A DNA stretch of 42,079 bases. It comes from a virus (Duplodnaviria > Caudoviricetes). Location of the stretch: positions 1 through 42,079 of IMG/VR virus record IMGVR_UViG_3300004633_000006; one strand, given 5' to 3'. A model generated the notes under the pieces. That model had not been told where the DNA came from. It saw nothing but the letters and a program-made list of their open reading frames with translations, and did not search any database. A program made the translations under genes and the position numbers. Shown in pieces: positions 16,001 through 26,068 of the stretch. Each line of letters starts with the position of its first letter. Within the stretch, counting starts at the first letter, position 1.

Positions 16001-16528
16001 ATGGCCGAAGTCGATGATGTCGAGCTGGCCCGCCTGCGCAAGGCGCAAACCCTGATCGACGAACTGCTGCGATCGCCCAAGACCAAGCGCAAGACCGAGC
16101 GGGCGATCAAGGAGATTCATCCCGAATTCATCGCCAGTGATGACTTCGACGAGCCGATTCGTGAGGAAATCAAGGCGATCGGCGACAAGCTCGATTCGTT
16201 CCTCGAGCGGCACAAGACCAGCGAGGAAGACGCCAAGCTCGAGGCGGCCTTCACCCAGCTCCGCGTCGACGGCGGGTTCACTGACGAGGGCATCGACAAG
16301 ATCAAGCAGATCATGGTCGACCGCAAGGTGGCCGACCCGTTTGCCGCTGCCGCCTATTACGAGAAGCACAACCCGCCGCCGGCGCCGCAGAAGCCCTCGA
16401 GCTTCAACGGGCTCGGGTGGGGGTTCGGCGCCAAGACCGACGATGAGGATGCCAAGCTGCTGTTCGATGATGAGGACGCCTGGACCGACAAGCAGGTCAT
16501 GGCGCACTTCAACGAGCAGTCGAAGTAA
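16001..16528 (+). CDS. capsid scaffolding protein (putative)
   Basis: Acidic, helical, directly upstream of the capsid gene. Confidence 0.7.
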   Translation: MAEVDDVELARLRKAQTLIDELLRSPKTKRKTERAIKEIHPEFIASDDFDEPIREEIKAIGDKLDSFLERHKTSEEDAKLEAAFTQLRVDGGFTDEGIDKIKQIMVDRKVADPFAAAAYYEKHNPPPAPQKPSSFNGLGWGFGAKTDDEDAKLLFDDEDAWTDKQVMAHFNEQSK

Positions 16529-16544
16529 ACGATAGGGGGCTAAA

Positions 16545-17627
16545 ATGCCGCAATTAGGCGTAGGCATAGTGCCGTCCGGCGCGGTCGGAAACGAGCTTTC
16601 CGCACTCACGCGCCGCGCTTTCGTCCCGCGCCTGGTGGTGCAACTCTACAAGTCGACGCCCCTACTGTCGCTGCTGCTGCGCAATGCCCAGCGGGCGCGC
16701 GGCGGGGTGAGCCAGGTCACGATACCGGTGCAGGGCGGCTCGTTCGTCCAGTTTTCCTGGTCGGACTATTCGGGCGTGTTCCCGCAGCCGCAGGTGCTCA
16801 CTGCCGCCCAGAACGCCGAATTCAACCTCAAGCTCGGCGTCGTGCCCGTTCCTTTCATGGGGATGGAGGCGTTGATCCAGTCGTCGGAAGCCGTCGTGCC
16901 GATCTTGAAGGCCCGCATGGCGGACGCCAAGACGGTGGCGGTGCAGTCGATCTCGACATCCCTGCTGGCCTCGGTCAATAACCAGGCCATCCCCGGCCAG
17001 CAACAGGTCGACAACCTGTTCGAGGCGACCGATGACGGGACCAGCGTCACGAGCTATGGCGGCATCAACCGCACCACCGCCGGCAACTCCTTCTGGAAGG
17101 GCCAGCTCGTTACCCTCGGCACCGCGTCCGCCATCCTGACCCGGTCCTCCTTCATCCGCTACCTCGTGCAGGCATCGGTCGGCTCGGCCACCGGCAACAC
17201 GGTCAACCCGAAATTCGGCGTGTCGACCGGCGGTGGCGGCGAGGCGCCGGATTTCGTGGTCATGAATCCCGGCGACTGGACGACCCTGATGCAGGACTTC
17301 ATGTCCCTGGAGTCGTTCCGGACCATGCCGGGGACGCGCTACGGGCTAGAAGACCCGATCAATGCTGGGTTCCGCGGCCTGATGCTCGGCAACACCCCGA
17401 TCTTCATGGACCCGTTCTGCCCGAAGGGCACCGCCTACGTCATCAATTCCCGCTATCTCGCGCTGTACATGTCGGAAGACGCGCCGTTCGCGTTCTCCGG
17501 GTTCTACAGCGCCATCCCGAATCTGCAAATCGCCAACATCGGCGTCCTGATCGTGGCCTTCAACGTGATTTGCTCGAAACCGGCGGCGATGATGCAGCTC
17601 ACGGGCATCACCGGCGGCGCGTTCTAA
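16545..17627 (+). CDS. major capsid protein
   Basis: 360 aa; RAFVPRLVVQLYKSTPLL start, PDFVVMNP, PIFMDPFCPKGTAYVIN typical of HK97-fold MCPs. Confidence 0.9.
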   Translation: MPQLGVGIVPSGAVGNELSALTRRAFVPRLVVQLYKSTPLLSLLLRNAQRARGGVSQVTIPVQGGSFVQFSWSDYSGVFPQPQVLTAAQNAEFNLKLGVVPVPFMGMEALIQSSEAVVPILKARMADAKTVAVQSISTSLLASVNNQAIPGQQQVDNLFEATDDGTSVTSYGGINRTTAGNSFWKGQLVTLGTASAILTRSSFIRYLVQASVGSATGNTVNPKFGVSTGGGGEAPDFVVMNPGDWTTLMQDFMSLESFRTMPGTRYGLEDPINAGFRGLMLGNTPIFMDPFCPKGTAYVINSRYLALYMSEDAPFAFSGFYSAIPNLQIANIGVLIVAFNVICSKPAAMMQLTGITGGAF

Positions 17628-17639
17628 CAGGGGGCAGCA

Positions 17640-18800
17640 ATGGCAATTCCTCGAATCGGTGGCGCGGGCATCGGCCTCAGCCTGACCGGAGCTCTGGCGG
17701 GGCCTCTGCCGCAAGGCGGGTCGTTCGCTCCCAGCCGCGGGTCCAATGCAGTCACGCTCACGGCGAGCGAGTGCTTCGTGATTCCGGCCGGCACCTACCT
17801 GATTGCGACCGGCCCGTACACCTCGATTCAGTTCCTCGATCCGGTCTCGTCGCTGTGGCGCACGGTAGACGCGGCGGCTTCGCTCCAGCCTCTCGCCGTT
17901 GATTCGGACGGCGGCAACTGGCGTCTTGCCAACGTGACCGGGTGCCCGGTGGCCGCCATGGTGGTTGCGGCCGGCTCCGGCCTGACCAACGGTATCGGCA
18001 CTACCGCAACTGGTCTCACGGTCACCGCCTCCGCGGGCGGGTCCGTGTGGCAGCCGGTGGTCGGCGGCGCGATCAACTCTACCGTCACCATAACAGCGGG
18101 AGGTACTGGTTACCTGTTCCCGCCCATCCTCGTGGTCGATGCCCCGCCGGCCGGCGGCATCCAGGCGACCGCCGTGTGCACGATCTCCGGCGGCATTGTC
18201 AATTCGGTGTCGGTCGTCAACCAGGGCGCCGGCTATGTCACAGCGCCCAACATCACTGTCATCAACGATTTCCGCGACACGGCCGGCTCGGGCTGTGTCC
18301 TCACCGTGAACGCCACGCTGGCGGCCTCGGGCGCTCTGACCGCACTCTACCCGACCAACCAGGGAAGCCCCCTGACCTCGACCCCGACCCTGACATTCTC
18401 TCCGGCGTCGACTCTCAACGCGCTGGTCATCATGAACTACGTGGTGACCGGGTTCACCATCGGGTCGGGTGTCTCGGGTGCCGGTTATGGCAACGCCCAG
18501 CCGTTCCTGGTCATCACCTCGGGCGGCAAGGCGCAGTCGGCGGCCGCAGCGAACACGGCCGGTCCGATCTCCGACCTCAACATGACCCAGCCGCGCATGG
18601 CGCAGTTTGCCGGCACCAGCACGGCGGGCGGCAAGATCCAGGTCTCCGGCTCGGTGCCGATCGATTACGGGTTCGGTTTCCAGGGATCAGGCCCTTATGG
18701 AATCGTCCTTGCGGGCGGCTCGGGTCTCGCGACGACTGTGGGTCAGGTGACAATGACCGTTGGCGGTGTGGCGGATACGAGTTACATCCAGCCGATCTAA
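17640..18800 (+). CDS. Gly/Thr/Ser-rich virion protein (capsid decoration candidate)
   Basis: Follows the MCP; TITAGGTGY / VVNQGAGYVTAP beta repeats. Confidence 0.7.
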   Translation: MAIPRIGGAGIGLSLTGALAGPLPQGGSFAPSRGSNAVTLTASECFVIPAGTYLIATGPYTSIQFLDPVSSLWRTVDAAASLQPLAVDSDGGNWRLANVTGCPVAAMVVAAGSGLTNGIGTTATGLTVTASAGGSVWQPVVGGAINSTVTITAGGTGYLFPPILVVDAPPAGGIQATAVCTISGGIVNSVSVVNQGAGYVTAPNITVINDFRDTAGSGCVLTVNATLAASGALTALYPTNQGSPLTSTPTLTFSPASTLNALVIMNYVVTGFTIGSGVSGAGYGNAQPFLVITSGGKAQSAAAANTAGPISDLNMTQPRMAQFAGTSTAGGKIQVSGSVPIDYGFGFQGSGPYGIVLAGGSGLATTVGQVTMTVGGVADTSYIQPI

Positions 18801-18831
18801 ATCCCTCCGCCCCGGAGGGGTAGGAGGGATT
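18800..18831 (+). promoter_or_regulatory. hairpin that sequesters the RBS of the next gene
   Basis: AATCCCTCC (18800-18808) pairs with GGAGGGATT (18823-18831); AGGAGG at 18822-18827; ATG at 18833. Confidence 0.65.
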
Positions 18832-18832
18832 C

Positions 18833-19603
18833 ATGCAGCTTTCAGAGCTTGCGGGTCACGTCGTCAGCTTCGCGCCGCTGGTCGACATCACGTCGGCGAT
18901 CGGATTCGACCAGAAGATCAGCAATACCCGGTCGTCCATGCGGCGCGGTCTGCCGCTGGCGCTTGATCTGCCCAAGGCGGATGAACAGGAGATCGCCATC
19001 GTCTCGGGCGGCTCGTCTCTGACCTCGTTTCTTTCCCTGGTGTCGACGTTTCCGGCCATCATGGTGTGCGGGTCGGCGCACAACTACCTGATTCGATGCG
19101 GGATCATTCCCACCTACTGCATCATCCTCGACGCCTCGCCGGACGCGGCTGATCTCATTCATCCTCATGTGGACGTGAAGTACCTGGTCGCGTCTTCTTG
19201 TGATCCAGCCACCTTCGACATCATGTCGGCGTATCAGACCTACATCTGGCATTCGGCCGGCGAGGTGCCCTACGTCCTGCTCGAGGGGCAGGACGCGGTT
19301 GGCGGCGGCTCGTCAGTGACGCTGCGCGCGATCGGCCTTGCGCAGATCCTCGGCTACAGCCAGCAGCACTTTTTCGGTTTGGACTCGTGCTTCATGGGCG
19401 GTGAGGAACACGCCTATCAGCATCAGCCGAACCGGCCGGTGCCGTTCGACATCAAGTACAACGGAAAGATGTTCCGGCTCACCGCTCCGCTGCTGTTGCA
19501 GGCGCAGGAATTCGCGCAGATCACCTGCGACCACGGCACGCTGTTCAATCCCAAGGTCTATGGCGACGGCCTGATCGCCGAGATGATGAAGGTGCCGACG
19601 TGA
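18833..19603 (+). CDS. Maf/DUF115 (MptE-like) family protein, putative glycosyltransferase
   Basis: IAIVSGGSSL, GIIPTYCIILD, GGGSSVTLRAIGLAQILGY, FFGLDSCF. Confidence 0.8.
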   Translation: MQLSELAGHVVSFAPLVDITSAIGFDQKISNTRSSMRRGLPLALDLPKADEQEIAIVSGGSSLTSFLSLVSTFPAIMVCGSAHNYLIRCGIIPTYCIILDASPDAADLIHPHVDVKYLVASSCDPATFDIMSAYQTYIWHSAGEVPYVLLEGQDAVGGGSSVTLRAIGLAQILGYSQQHFFGLDSCFMGGEEHAYQHQPNRPVPFDIKYNGKMFRLTAPLLLQAQEFAQITCDHGTLFNPKVYGDGLIAEMMKVPT

Positions 19604-20292
19604 CCCAAGCGTCAGTCTTTCAGGTGATTCGCGGCGCGATGCCCAAAAAGCTGATCGAGGATGCGGCTTCAGCCGCGCATTCGTTCTTTGCCTATTCCGA
19701 CACGTTCCGCTGGCCCGGTCAGATGGGTGATATCGCTCGCCTCCAAAACGGGGTGGCGCTGACCAAGATCAACGCCGACGTTTCGTGGGAGGTCGAGGAA
19801 TTGCGGCAATTGATCGATGAGGCTGTTTTTCTCCTTGGGATCGCCTATGAGCCCGAACCCCGTGCTGGCTTGCGCGCGATCTATGACTGCACGTCGGTGC
19901 GCCGGCAACACGCCGTTGGCGGCACACCGCTGCCGTGGCATCAGGACGCCTGTCCGATGGGAACGGAGAATCCGGGCGATGGGCTCGTGTTCTGGATTCC
20001 GCTCACCGAGATCGATGACACCACACCATCGCTGGAATTTATGCCGCAGAGGGGTGTGCTGCCGCACGGCTCACGGAAATCCTTCTCCGCCCTACTGTCC
20101 GAACCGGTCGGCGAGATCATCAGGTGCCCCGACATGAAGATCGGTGACGTGCTGATGTTCGGACTCGACATTATTCACCGGACCTACATCCCGGCCGCGG
20201 CCACCAGGGTTCGCTATTCGTGCGATCTGCGCGTTGGCTCGCCGGAATATCTCGGGCGGCATCCCGAATACGAGGTGATGTCATGTGGCTGA
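19600..20292 (+). CDS. 2OG-Fe(II) dioxygenase, PhyH-like
   Basis: PWHQD, WIPL, GDVLMF, HRT, RYSCDLR. Confidence 0.85.
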   Translation: MTQASVFQVIRGAMPKKLIEDAASAAHSFFAYSDTFRWPGQMGDIARLQNGVALTKINADVSWEVEELRQLIDEAVFLLGIAYEPEPRAGLRAIYDCTSVRRQHAVGGTPLPWHQDACPMGTENPGDGLVFWIPLTEIDDTTPSLEFMPQRGVLPHGSRKSFSALLSEPVGEIIRCPDMKIGDVLMFGLDIIHRTYIPAAATRVRYSCDLRVGSPEYLGRHPEYEVMSCG

Positions 20293-21158
20293 TTTCCCTT
20301 CCCGCCTGGGGCAGTCATCACGTCGATACTCTGCTGAAATTCACCATTCCGTCGCTGATAGCGTGCGATCCTCCGGACGTCGAAATGCGGGTGGTGGTCC
20401 ACACGGACCAGCCAGACAAGGTGACGGAGGCGCTGTCGGGGGTTGAAACTCTGCCCGTCCCCGGAAACGGATCGTACCTGAGCATGAGCGCGGCGCACCG
20501 CGAGGTGATCGGTCTAGCCCAGCCGGGCGATTACGTGACCTTGATGTGTGCGGACGTGATCTTCTCGCGCGAGTGCTTTGCGGCGACTGAGCGGCGTTTC
20601 AAGGAAGGGTACAAGGCGGTGGCCTGCATCGGCACTCGCACCATCGGTCCGCTGTTCGGCAATCCGCCGCCTATTGGTTATTCGGCGGGCGAGCTGCTCG
20701 ACTGGTCGATGCGGCACCGCCATCCAATCATCACGCAATGCTTCTGGCCGCAGGGGCGGACGGCCATCCCGAGTCAGATCTATTTTGAGGACGAGAAGGG
20801 TGGAATTGCCGCGCGTGTATTCACGCCATGCCTGTTCGCCGTGGTTGCCGACCGCAATCTGGCGTTTACCGGCACTATCGACCGCGATCTTCTCGAGTGC
20901 TTCAGGCGTGAGGAAATCCATATGGTCACCGGGCGGGACGAGCTCGCCGTTGTAGAAGTCTCGCCCTACCTGAAAAGCTTCGGCCATGCCGAGTGTACCA
21001 TGTCGCCGGCCTACATCGCGAAGTGGGCGCGACAGAGCAACATGCACGATCTCAATTACTGGTTCTTCTCGCACCGGATGGAGATCACCGGGGACGCGGG
21101 CAAGAACGATGAGGCGCCGTTCTACGACATAATGCGGGAGGCAGGACGCCCATGCTGA
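20283..21158 (+). CDS. putative glycosyltransferase (GT-A-like)
   Basis: PAWG...PSL, VVHTD, LMCADVIFS acidic motifs; assignment tentative. Confidence 0.5.
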   Translation: MWLISLPAWGSHHVDTLLKFTIPSLIACDPPDVEMRVVVHTDQPDKVTEALSGVETLPVPGNGSYLSMSAAHREVIGLAQPGDYVTLMCADVIFSRECFAATERRFKEGYKAVACIGTRTIGPLFGNPPPIGYSAGELLDWSMRHRHPIITQCFWPQGRTAIPSQIYFEDEKGGIAARVFTPCLFAVVADRNLAFTGTIDRDLLECFRREEIHMVTGRDELAVVEVSPYLKSFGHAECTMSPAYIAKWARQSNMHDLNYWFFSHRMEITGDAGKNDEAPFYDIMREAGRPC

Positions 21159-21967
21159 CGGCCTACTACGACCTAAACCTGAGCCCGCCGACGTTCGAGC
21201 TGGTGTCGTTCATGCTGCGCGTGGAGCAGGAGCGGCGCCGGGTCGGCGAGGAGCAGGTCAAGGTGGTGTTCCTGCCAGGTCACCGGGACGGATTCCGTCA
21301 TGACAACGCGTGGCCGCATAAGCCGGAAGGCAAGAAGGTGATGCTGCAAAACGTCGCCATCCCGATCTGCAAGCTGCTGCCGGCTTGCGTAGGGGTGGAA
21401 ATGGCGGATGGACCGCACATGGCGCCGTGGCCGATCTTCGGCGTGCGGGCGCGTGAGTACGGACACGATCGCTTCGTGTCGGCGTTTTCCGAGGTGGGCG
21501 GCTGTTTGCGGTCGCCGGATGAATATCCTGCGACCATGCAGGGAATGGTGACGATTACGCTGCGGCAGGCGGAACACTGGCCGGAGCGCAACAGCAAAGT
21601 CTCCGAATGGCTCAAGGCCGCTGATGCCTTCACCAAGATGGGGCTGTCCGTTCTGATAATCCCCGATTGTGCCATGCCGATCAACGAGCGGGTGACGACC
21701 TACCGCGGCGCCGTGATGAATTTCTTCGTGTGCAACGGTCCGGCGTTTCTGTCGTTCGGCTGCGATGCTCCAACCATGATGTTTCGTCCGACCAATGATA
21801 TTCTGGGCGGGGTGTTCAGCTCGCAACACTGGCAGGTTTGTGGTGTAGAGCCCGGCAGGCAGATGCCAAATTGTCCTTCACATCAGCGCATCGTGTGGGA
21901 GGACGATACGGCTGACGCAATCGTTGGGGCGTTCGAGCGGTACGTGGACATGAGGGTGTACTCCTGA
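21152..21967 (+). CDS. putative glycosyltransferase (GT-B-like)
   Basis: VTITLR...RNS...W, AVMNFFVCNGPAFL...PT resembles the C-lobe of GT9/GT-B enzymes; tentative. Confidence 0.5.
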   Translation: MLTAYYDLNLSPPTFELVSFMLRVEQERRRVGEEQVKVVFLPGHRDGFRHDNAWPHKPEGKKVMLQNVAIPICKLLPACVGVEMADGPHMAPWPIFGVRAREYGHDRFVSAFSEVGGCLRSPDEYPATMQGMVTITLRQAEHWPERNSKVSEWLKAADAFTKMGLSVLIIPDCAMPINERVTTYRGAVMNFFVCNGPAFLSFGCDAPTMMFRPTNDILGGVFSSQHWQVCGVEPGRQMPNCPSHQRIVWEDDTADAIVGAFERYVDMRVYS

Positions 21968-22890
21968 TGCCGGTGCTGTCCGCATATGTCACGCAGACGC
22001 AGTTTTTTCTGCATGATCCCAACGCACAGGCTTATGCGCTCTCGTCTGTGCAAAGCCAGATCAACATTGCCCGTTCCCAGGTCGCCGGCGAGGGGGAATG
22101 TGTTCGCGCTCTGCTGTCCGGCGGGGTCATCACGTCTATCAACTTGACCAGCGGCGGTTCGGGCTATAGCGGAACGACGGGTACGGTCAACTTCTCGGGG
22201 TCCGGCAACCAGGCGTTCGGCACCGCGGTGATTTCCGGCGGTGTGGTGCAGTCGGTGACGCTGACCAATGGAGGGTGGGGCTGGCTGACGGCGCCGACCA
22301 TCACCGTGACGGACGCCAACGGGACCAACGGCGGCGCGGTTGTTACTTCGACCATCGACAACAGTGCGTCGACCGTCGCAACGCAGGAAGCTTATAACTT
22401 CTCGACTCTCAACACGCTTGCCTCGCGGACGTCCGGCGTGTCCCAGGTGATCGGCATCAACTCGATTGCGGCTCAGTGGGGATCGGGATCGGTCTACAAG
22501 CCGATGCTTCGCCGCCGTACCTGGTCCTGGTATCAGGCTAATTGTCGCGTCTATTCCATATCGGCGATGAATTTTCCCGCCTACTGGTCGCAGTTCGGGC
22601 AGGGAATCAACGGCTCGTTCTACCTGTTCCCGATTCCCGGTCAGGTCATGTCAATGGACCTCGATACGATATGCTTGCCGGTCAATTTGAGTGACGACAC
22701 CACGCCGGACGCGATTCCCTATCCGTGGTCGGATGCCGTTCCTTATTATGCGGCGTATCTCTGCTATTCGAACTCGAGTCGAGCAGATGACGCGACGCGG
22801 ATGTTCAACCTTTATGAATTGCAGATGGTTCGAGCGCGCAAGATGACCGAGGGGTCGGCGTTCGTTCCCGATCAGTACGAGGGGTCGTGA
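21967..22890 (+). CDS. head-tail adaptor protein with an inserted Gly/Ser/Thr-rich beta domain
   Basis: Helical ends (INIARSQV; IPYPWSDAVPYYAAYL), FYLFPIP; insert of SGGSGY repeats. Confidence 0.7.
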   Translation: MPVLSAYVTQTQFFLHDPNAQAYALSSVQSQINIARSQVAGEGECVRALLSGGVITSINLTSGGSGYSGTTGTVNFSGSGNQAFGTAVISGGVVQSVTLTNGGWGWLTAPTITVTDANGTNGGAVVTSTIDNSASTVATQEAYNFSTLNTLASRTSGVSQVIGINSIAAQWGSGSVYKPMLRRRTWSWYQANCRVYSISAMNFPAYWSQFGQGINGSFYLFPIPGQVMSMDLDTICLPVNLSDDTTPDAIPYPWSDAVPYYAAYLCYSNSSRADDATRMFNLYELQMVRARKMTEGSAFVPDQYEGS

Positions 22891-24629
22891 TGCCGATTCC
22901 GCCCCTTCCAGATACACCCAAGGGTGAAGCCCCGAAAACATGGCACATCCAGCAATTTTCTGGGATCAACACTAATGCCAGCCGTCCGGCAATCGCCGAT
23001 AACGAATTTTCGTGGCTGCAAAATTATATGCCGATTGGCGACGGCAATATGAGGACGATGTGGTCGAACGGATCGGTGATCTTCACGGCACCGATCGGCA
23101 AGACCATCGTCTATTACTACTTCTTCAACATATCGACCATCCAGCAATGTGCAGTTTTCCTGTCGGATGGCACCGCAGTGCAAGTGAACCCGGTAACGCA
23201 GGCAACAGTCACGATTTCCTCTAACGCCAATGAGTTTTACGCAGGCGGATCGCTGCCGGCGGCAACGCAGTGGAATGCTTCGGGAATCATCATCGTGTGC
23301 GAGTCGCAGAATCCCAACGGATATTTTGCGTGGGATGGATCGACGCTGTTTCGTCCGGGTCAGAATGCTCCCTCATGGCTGACCAACCAGACGGCTACCG
23401 TCATGCCATCGGGCATTCACGGCAATGCGGTCGAGACTTACCAGAACCGAGCTTGGGTGACCACGCCTCCGTCGGCAGGATTCCCGTCCATCATCTCGCA
23501 GTCCGGGGCGGGCAATGGCGCAACCTTTTCTGTCCCGGCCGGAGGTGGGTCGACGCCGCAACAGGATTCGTCACTGCGGGCGACGTTTGTTGCTGTGCGG
23601 CAGGCCAATGGGTTCCTGTACTACTTCGGCGACTCATCGATCGGCGTAATTTCCAATCCGCAGACGTCGGGCGGTGTCACTTCGTACAGCAATCAGAATG
23701 TAGATCCTCAGTCCGGCACGATCTGGCCCGGATCGGTGCAGCAGTTTACGACGACGATCGGAGTCGGCATCATGTTTGCTAATCCGCAGGGTATTTATCT
23801 GATCGTCGGCGGGATCGCGCAGAAGGTTTCGTCTGATCTAGATACCTTGTTTGCCAATGCGGACTTTGCCACGCTAATCCCCACGGCGTCATGTGCCGTC
23901 ATATTCGGGGTCAAGGTTTACTGCCTGCTCATCCGGACCAAGGATCAAAATGGAAATTTTGCCAATGTCCTGTGCATGACTGACGGCAGGGTCAAGGAGG
24001 GCGGCTTCCGCTGGTTTCTCGGCTCGCAGGATCGCACCTTGTCGATGGTCGCCACTAACGAGGTAAATTCGATCCTGCAAACATGGGGGAGTGACGGAAC
24101 TACTCTGTTCCAGTGCTTCACGACTCCGTCCGCCACGCTTGCCAAGTCGATACAGACCAAGTTTTTCCCCGGAGGGAGTCCGGCGGAATTCATCTTGTTC
24201 AAGAAGCTATATCGCTTCTATTTTGTAGCGCGGGACAATGCTGGATCGGGGATCATTTTCTCGGGCACGTTTGACAGCGACTTCGCCAACACGGCAATGA
24301 TTATCAACTCTCTGACCGCGGTCAATCAGCAGGGCAACGCGCTGCAAGCGCAGAACATTGCCAATCAGAACCTCTATCCCGTCACATTCGGCATCATCGC
24401 GGCAGGATCGGGCGCGATCCAGTTCACCAATTCGTCCGGCGGTGTCATCAACTTCACAAACGTTTCGGGCGGGATCATCGTGTTCTCTGTGGCCTCTCTG
24501 CTTGTGCCGATGCTGGATGCGACGTGCTACGGTCGGTTCATAGGCGCGACGCTCGGATCGATCAGTGCGGACTTCACGCTTGTTTGCCTGACCATGTTGT
24601 ACAACTACGACGCGCCATACGGAGGCTGA
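22890..24629 (+). CDS. tail nozzle / head-closure protein (P22 gp10-like)
   Basis: About 580 aa, beta-rich; FSGIN start, YQNRAW; position after the adaptor. Confidence 0.7.
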   Translation: MPIPPLPDTPKGEAPKTWHIQQFSGINTNASRPAIADNEFSWLQNYMPIGDGNMRTMWSNGSVIFTAPIGKTIVYYYFFNISTIQQCAVFLSDGTAVQVNPVTQATVTISSNANEFYAGGSLPAATQWNASGIIIVCESQNPNGYFAWDGSTLFRPGQNAPSWLTNQTATVMPSGIHGNAVETYQNRAWVTTPPSAGFPSIISQSGAGNGATFSVPAGGGSTPQQDSSLRATFVAVRQANGFLYYFGDSSIGVISNPQTSGGVTSYSNQNVDPQSGTIWPGSVQQFTTTIGVGIMFANPQGIYLIVGGIAQKVSSDLDTLFANADFATLIPTASCAVIFGVKVYCLLIRTKDQNGNFANVLCMTDGRVKEGGFRWFLGSQDRTLSMVATNEVNSILQTWGSDGTTLFQCFTTPSATLAKSIQTKFFPGGSPAEFILFKKLYRFYFVARDNAGSGIIFSGTFDSDFANTAMIINSLTAVNQQGNALQAQNIANQNLYPVTFGIIAAGSGAIQFTNSSGGVINFTNVSGGIIVFSVASLLVPMLDATCYGRFIGATLGSISADFTLVCLTMLYNYDAPYGG

Positions 24630-24630
24630 C

Positions 24631-25800
24631 GTGACGTTCCCGACGACATTTGCAAATCTGGCGGCGGGAAATCAGCCGGCGTCCCTGATCGATACGATGT
24701 TCAGTATTACCGGAGCCATGGGCGCAATTCCCTGCACCGCTACCGGGACTAATGCCATAACCCTGACTCCTCTAACCAATTATTACCTGCCTCCATCTTA
24801 TGCGAATTATCAGATAGTTTCCTTTGTTGCAGCGGCCAGCGTTACCGGGACAGTGACGATCAGGATCGGCGCTCTGGCGTTCATCAAGCTGTTCATGCCC
24901 ACCGGATTGCAGGCTAATTCCGGGGATATAATCATTAATACGTTTTACATCGCGGCATTCAACGCGGCGCTAGACAGCGGCAATGGCGGGTTCATCATCT
25001 TCAATGCCTCTACGCCGTCCGTCATCCAGCCGGTTCGCGGCTCTGCTAAGAATCTGCTGATCCAGAACGGCGGAACGCCGGACACACAGGTGGCGGTGAC
25101 GGCGGACGAGGTGATGCTCGAGACCGCAGGAGGCGGAGCGGCGAAAGTCTCCACCGTCAGCCTCACCATATCGACCGGGGCAAGCGGCGCGAACGGCCTT
25201 GATTCCGGTTCTATCGTGGCCAACACGTTCTATTCGGTGTGGGTCATTTTCAACGGTTCGGTGACGGCCGGTCTGCTGTCCCTGTCGGCAACGGCTCCCA
25301 CGTTCCCGTCAGGATACATCTACAGCGCACGAGTGGGATGGGTTCGCACCGGGGCGGCGTCGACCAATCTTCATCGCATCATTCAAAAGGGGAATGATGC
25401 TCAGTTCGTGGTCACGCCGGCAAGCCAGACCACGGCATTGCCGGTGATAGCAGCGGGTCTTGGAAGTTTTTGGACGGCTCGATCGACAACCCCGTTCGTG
25501 CCGACTACGGCGTCAAAGATTAAAGTCGTTCTTGCGTCAACTATCGACACGACGGGCGGAGGGTCGAGTGACAACAGTTCGGGAGTCGCGCCAAACAACA
25601 ACTATGCAACGTCGATAGCAAATTCTCCCTATCCCTTGATCGGGTTAAAGATAACGGTTGTTGGAAACATTGGCGTAATTACTTCGAATGAAACTGTCGA
25701 GATGGTTCTGGAAAGCGGGAACATTTACACGGGCTCTACGGGGGCCGGCATCAATGCCGTACTGTCTGCTTTAGGGTGGACCGACAACATCGTCTTGTAA
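24631..25800 (+). CDS. tail fibre / virion protein
   Basis: GANGLDSGSIVANTFYSVWVI motif common in fibres; GGAGG RBS. Confidence 0.7.
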   Translation: MTFPTTFANLAAGNQPASLIDTMFSITGAMGAIPCTATGTNAITLTPLTNYYLPPSYANYQIVSFVAAASVTGTVTIRIGALAFIKLFMPTGLQANSGDIIINTFYIAAFNAALDSGNGGFIIFNASTPSVIQPVRGSAKNLLIQNGGTPDTQVAVTADEVMLETAGGGAAKVSTVSLTISTGASGANGLDSGSIVANTFYSVWVIFNGSVTAGLLSLSATAPTFPSGYIYSARVGWVRTGAASTNLHRIIQKGNDAQFVVTPASQTTALPVIAAGLGSFWTARSTTPFVPTTASKIKVVLASTIDTTGGGSSDNSSGVAPNNNYATSIANSPYPLIGLKITVVGNIGVITSNETVEMVLESGNIYTGSTGAGINAVLSALGWTDNIVL

Positions 25801-25813
25801 AAGGAGACAATCA

Positions 25814-26068
25814 ATGTCTGGAAATGTGAAGCATACGAACGAGATCGGGCCAGTTCGGGTTCGTATCAATCGGGACGATGCCGGCAATCCCTCCTATGCC
25901 GGTCCGTTTGCCAATCTTGTCAAAGGCAGCGCGGTGCAGATCACGCCCAACGGAGTGGCTCGTGATGAAGACCCGTCAGAAGCGTTCGGCATCACCGGAT
26001 CACAAAGCGGGTTTCCCAATCCGGTCATGCCGACGCGATGGCCTCGAGGAAATCGTAGTGGGGAATGA
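25814..26068 (+). CDS. hypothetical protein
   Basis: AAGGAG RBS, ATGA overlap. Confidence 0.7.
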   Translation: MSGNVKHTNEIGPVRVRINRDDAGNPSYAGPFANLVKGSAVQITPNGVARDEDPSEAFGITGSQSGFPNPVMPTRWPRGNRSGE

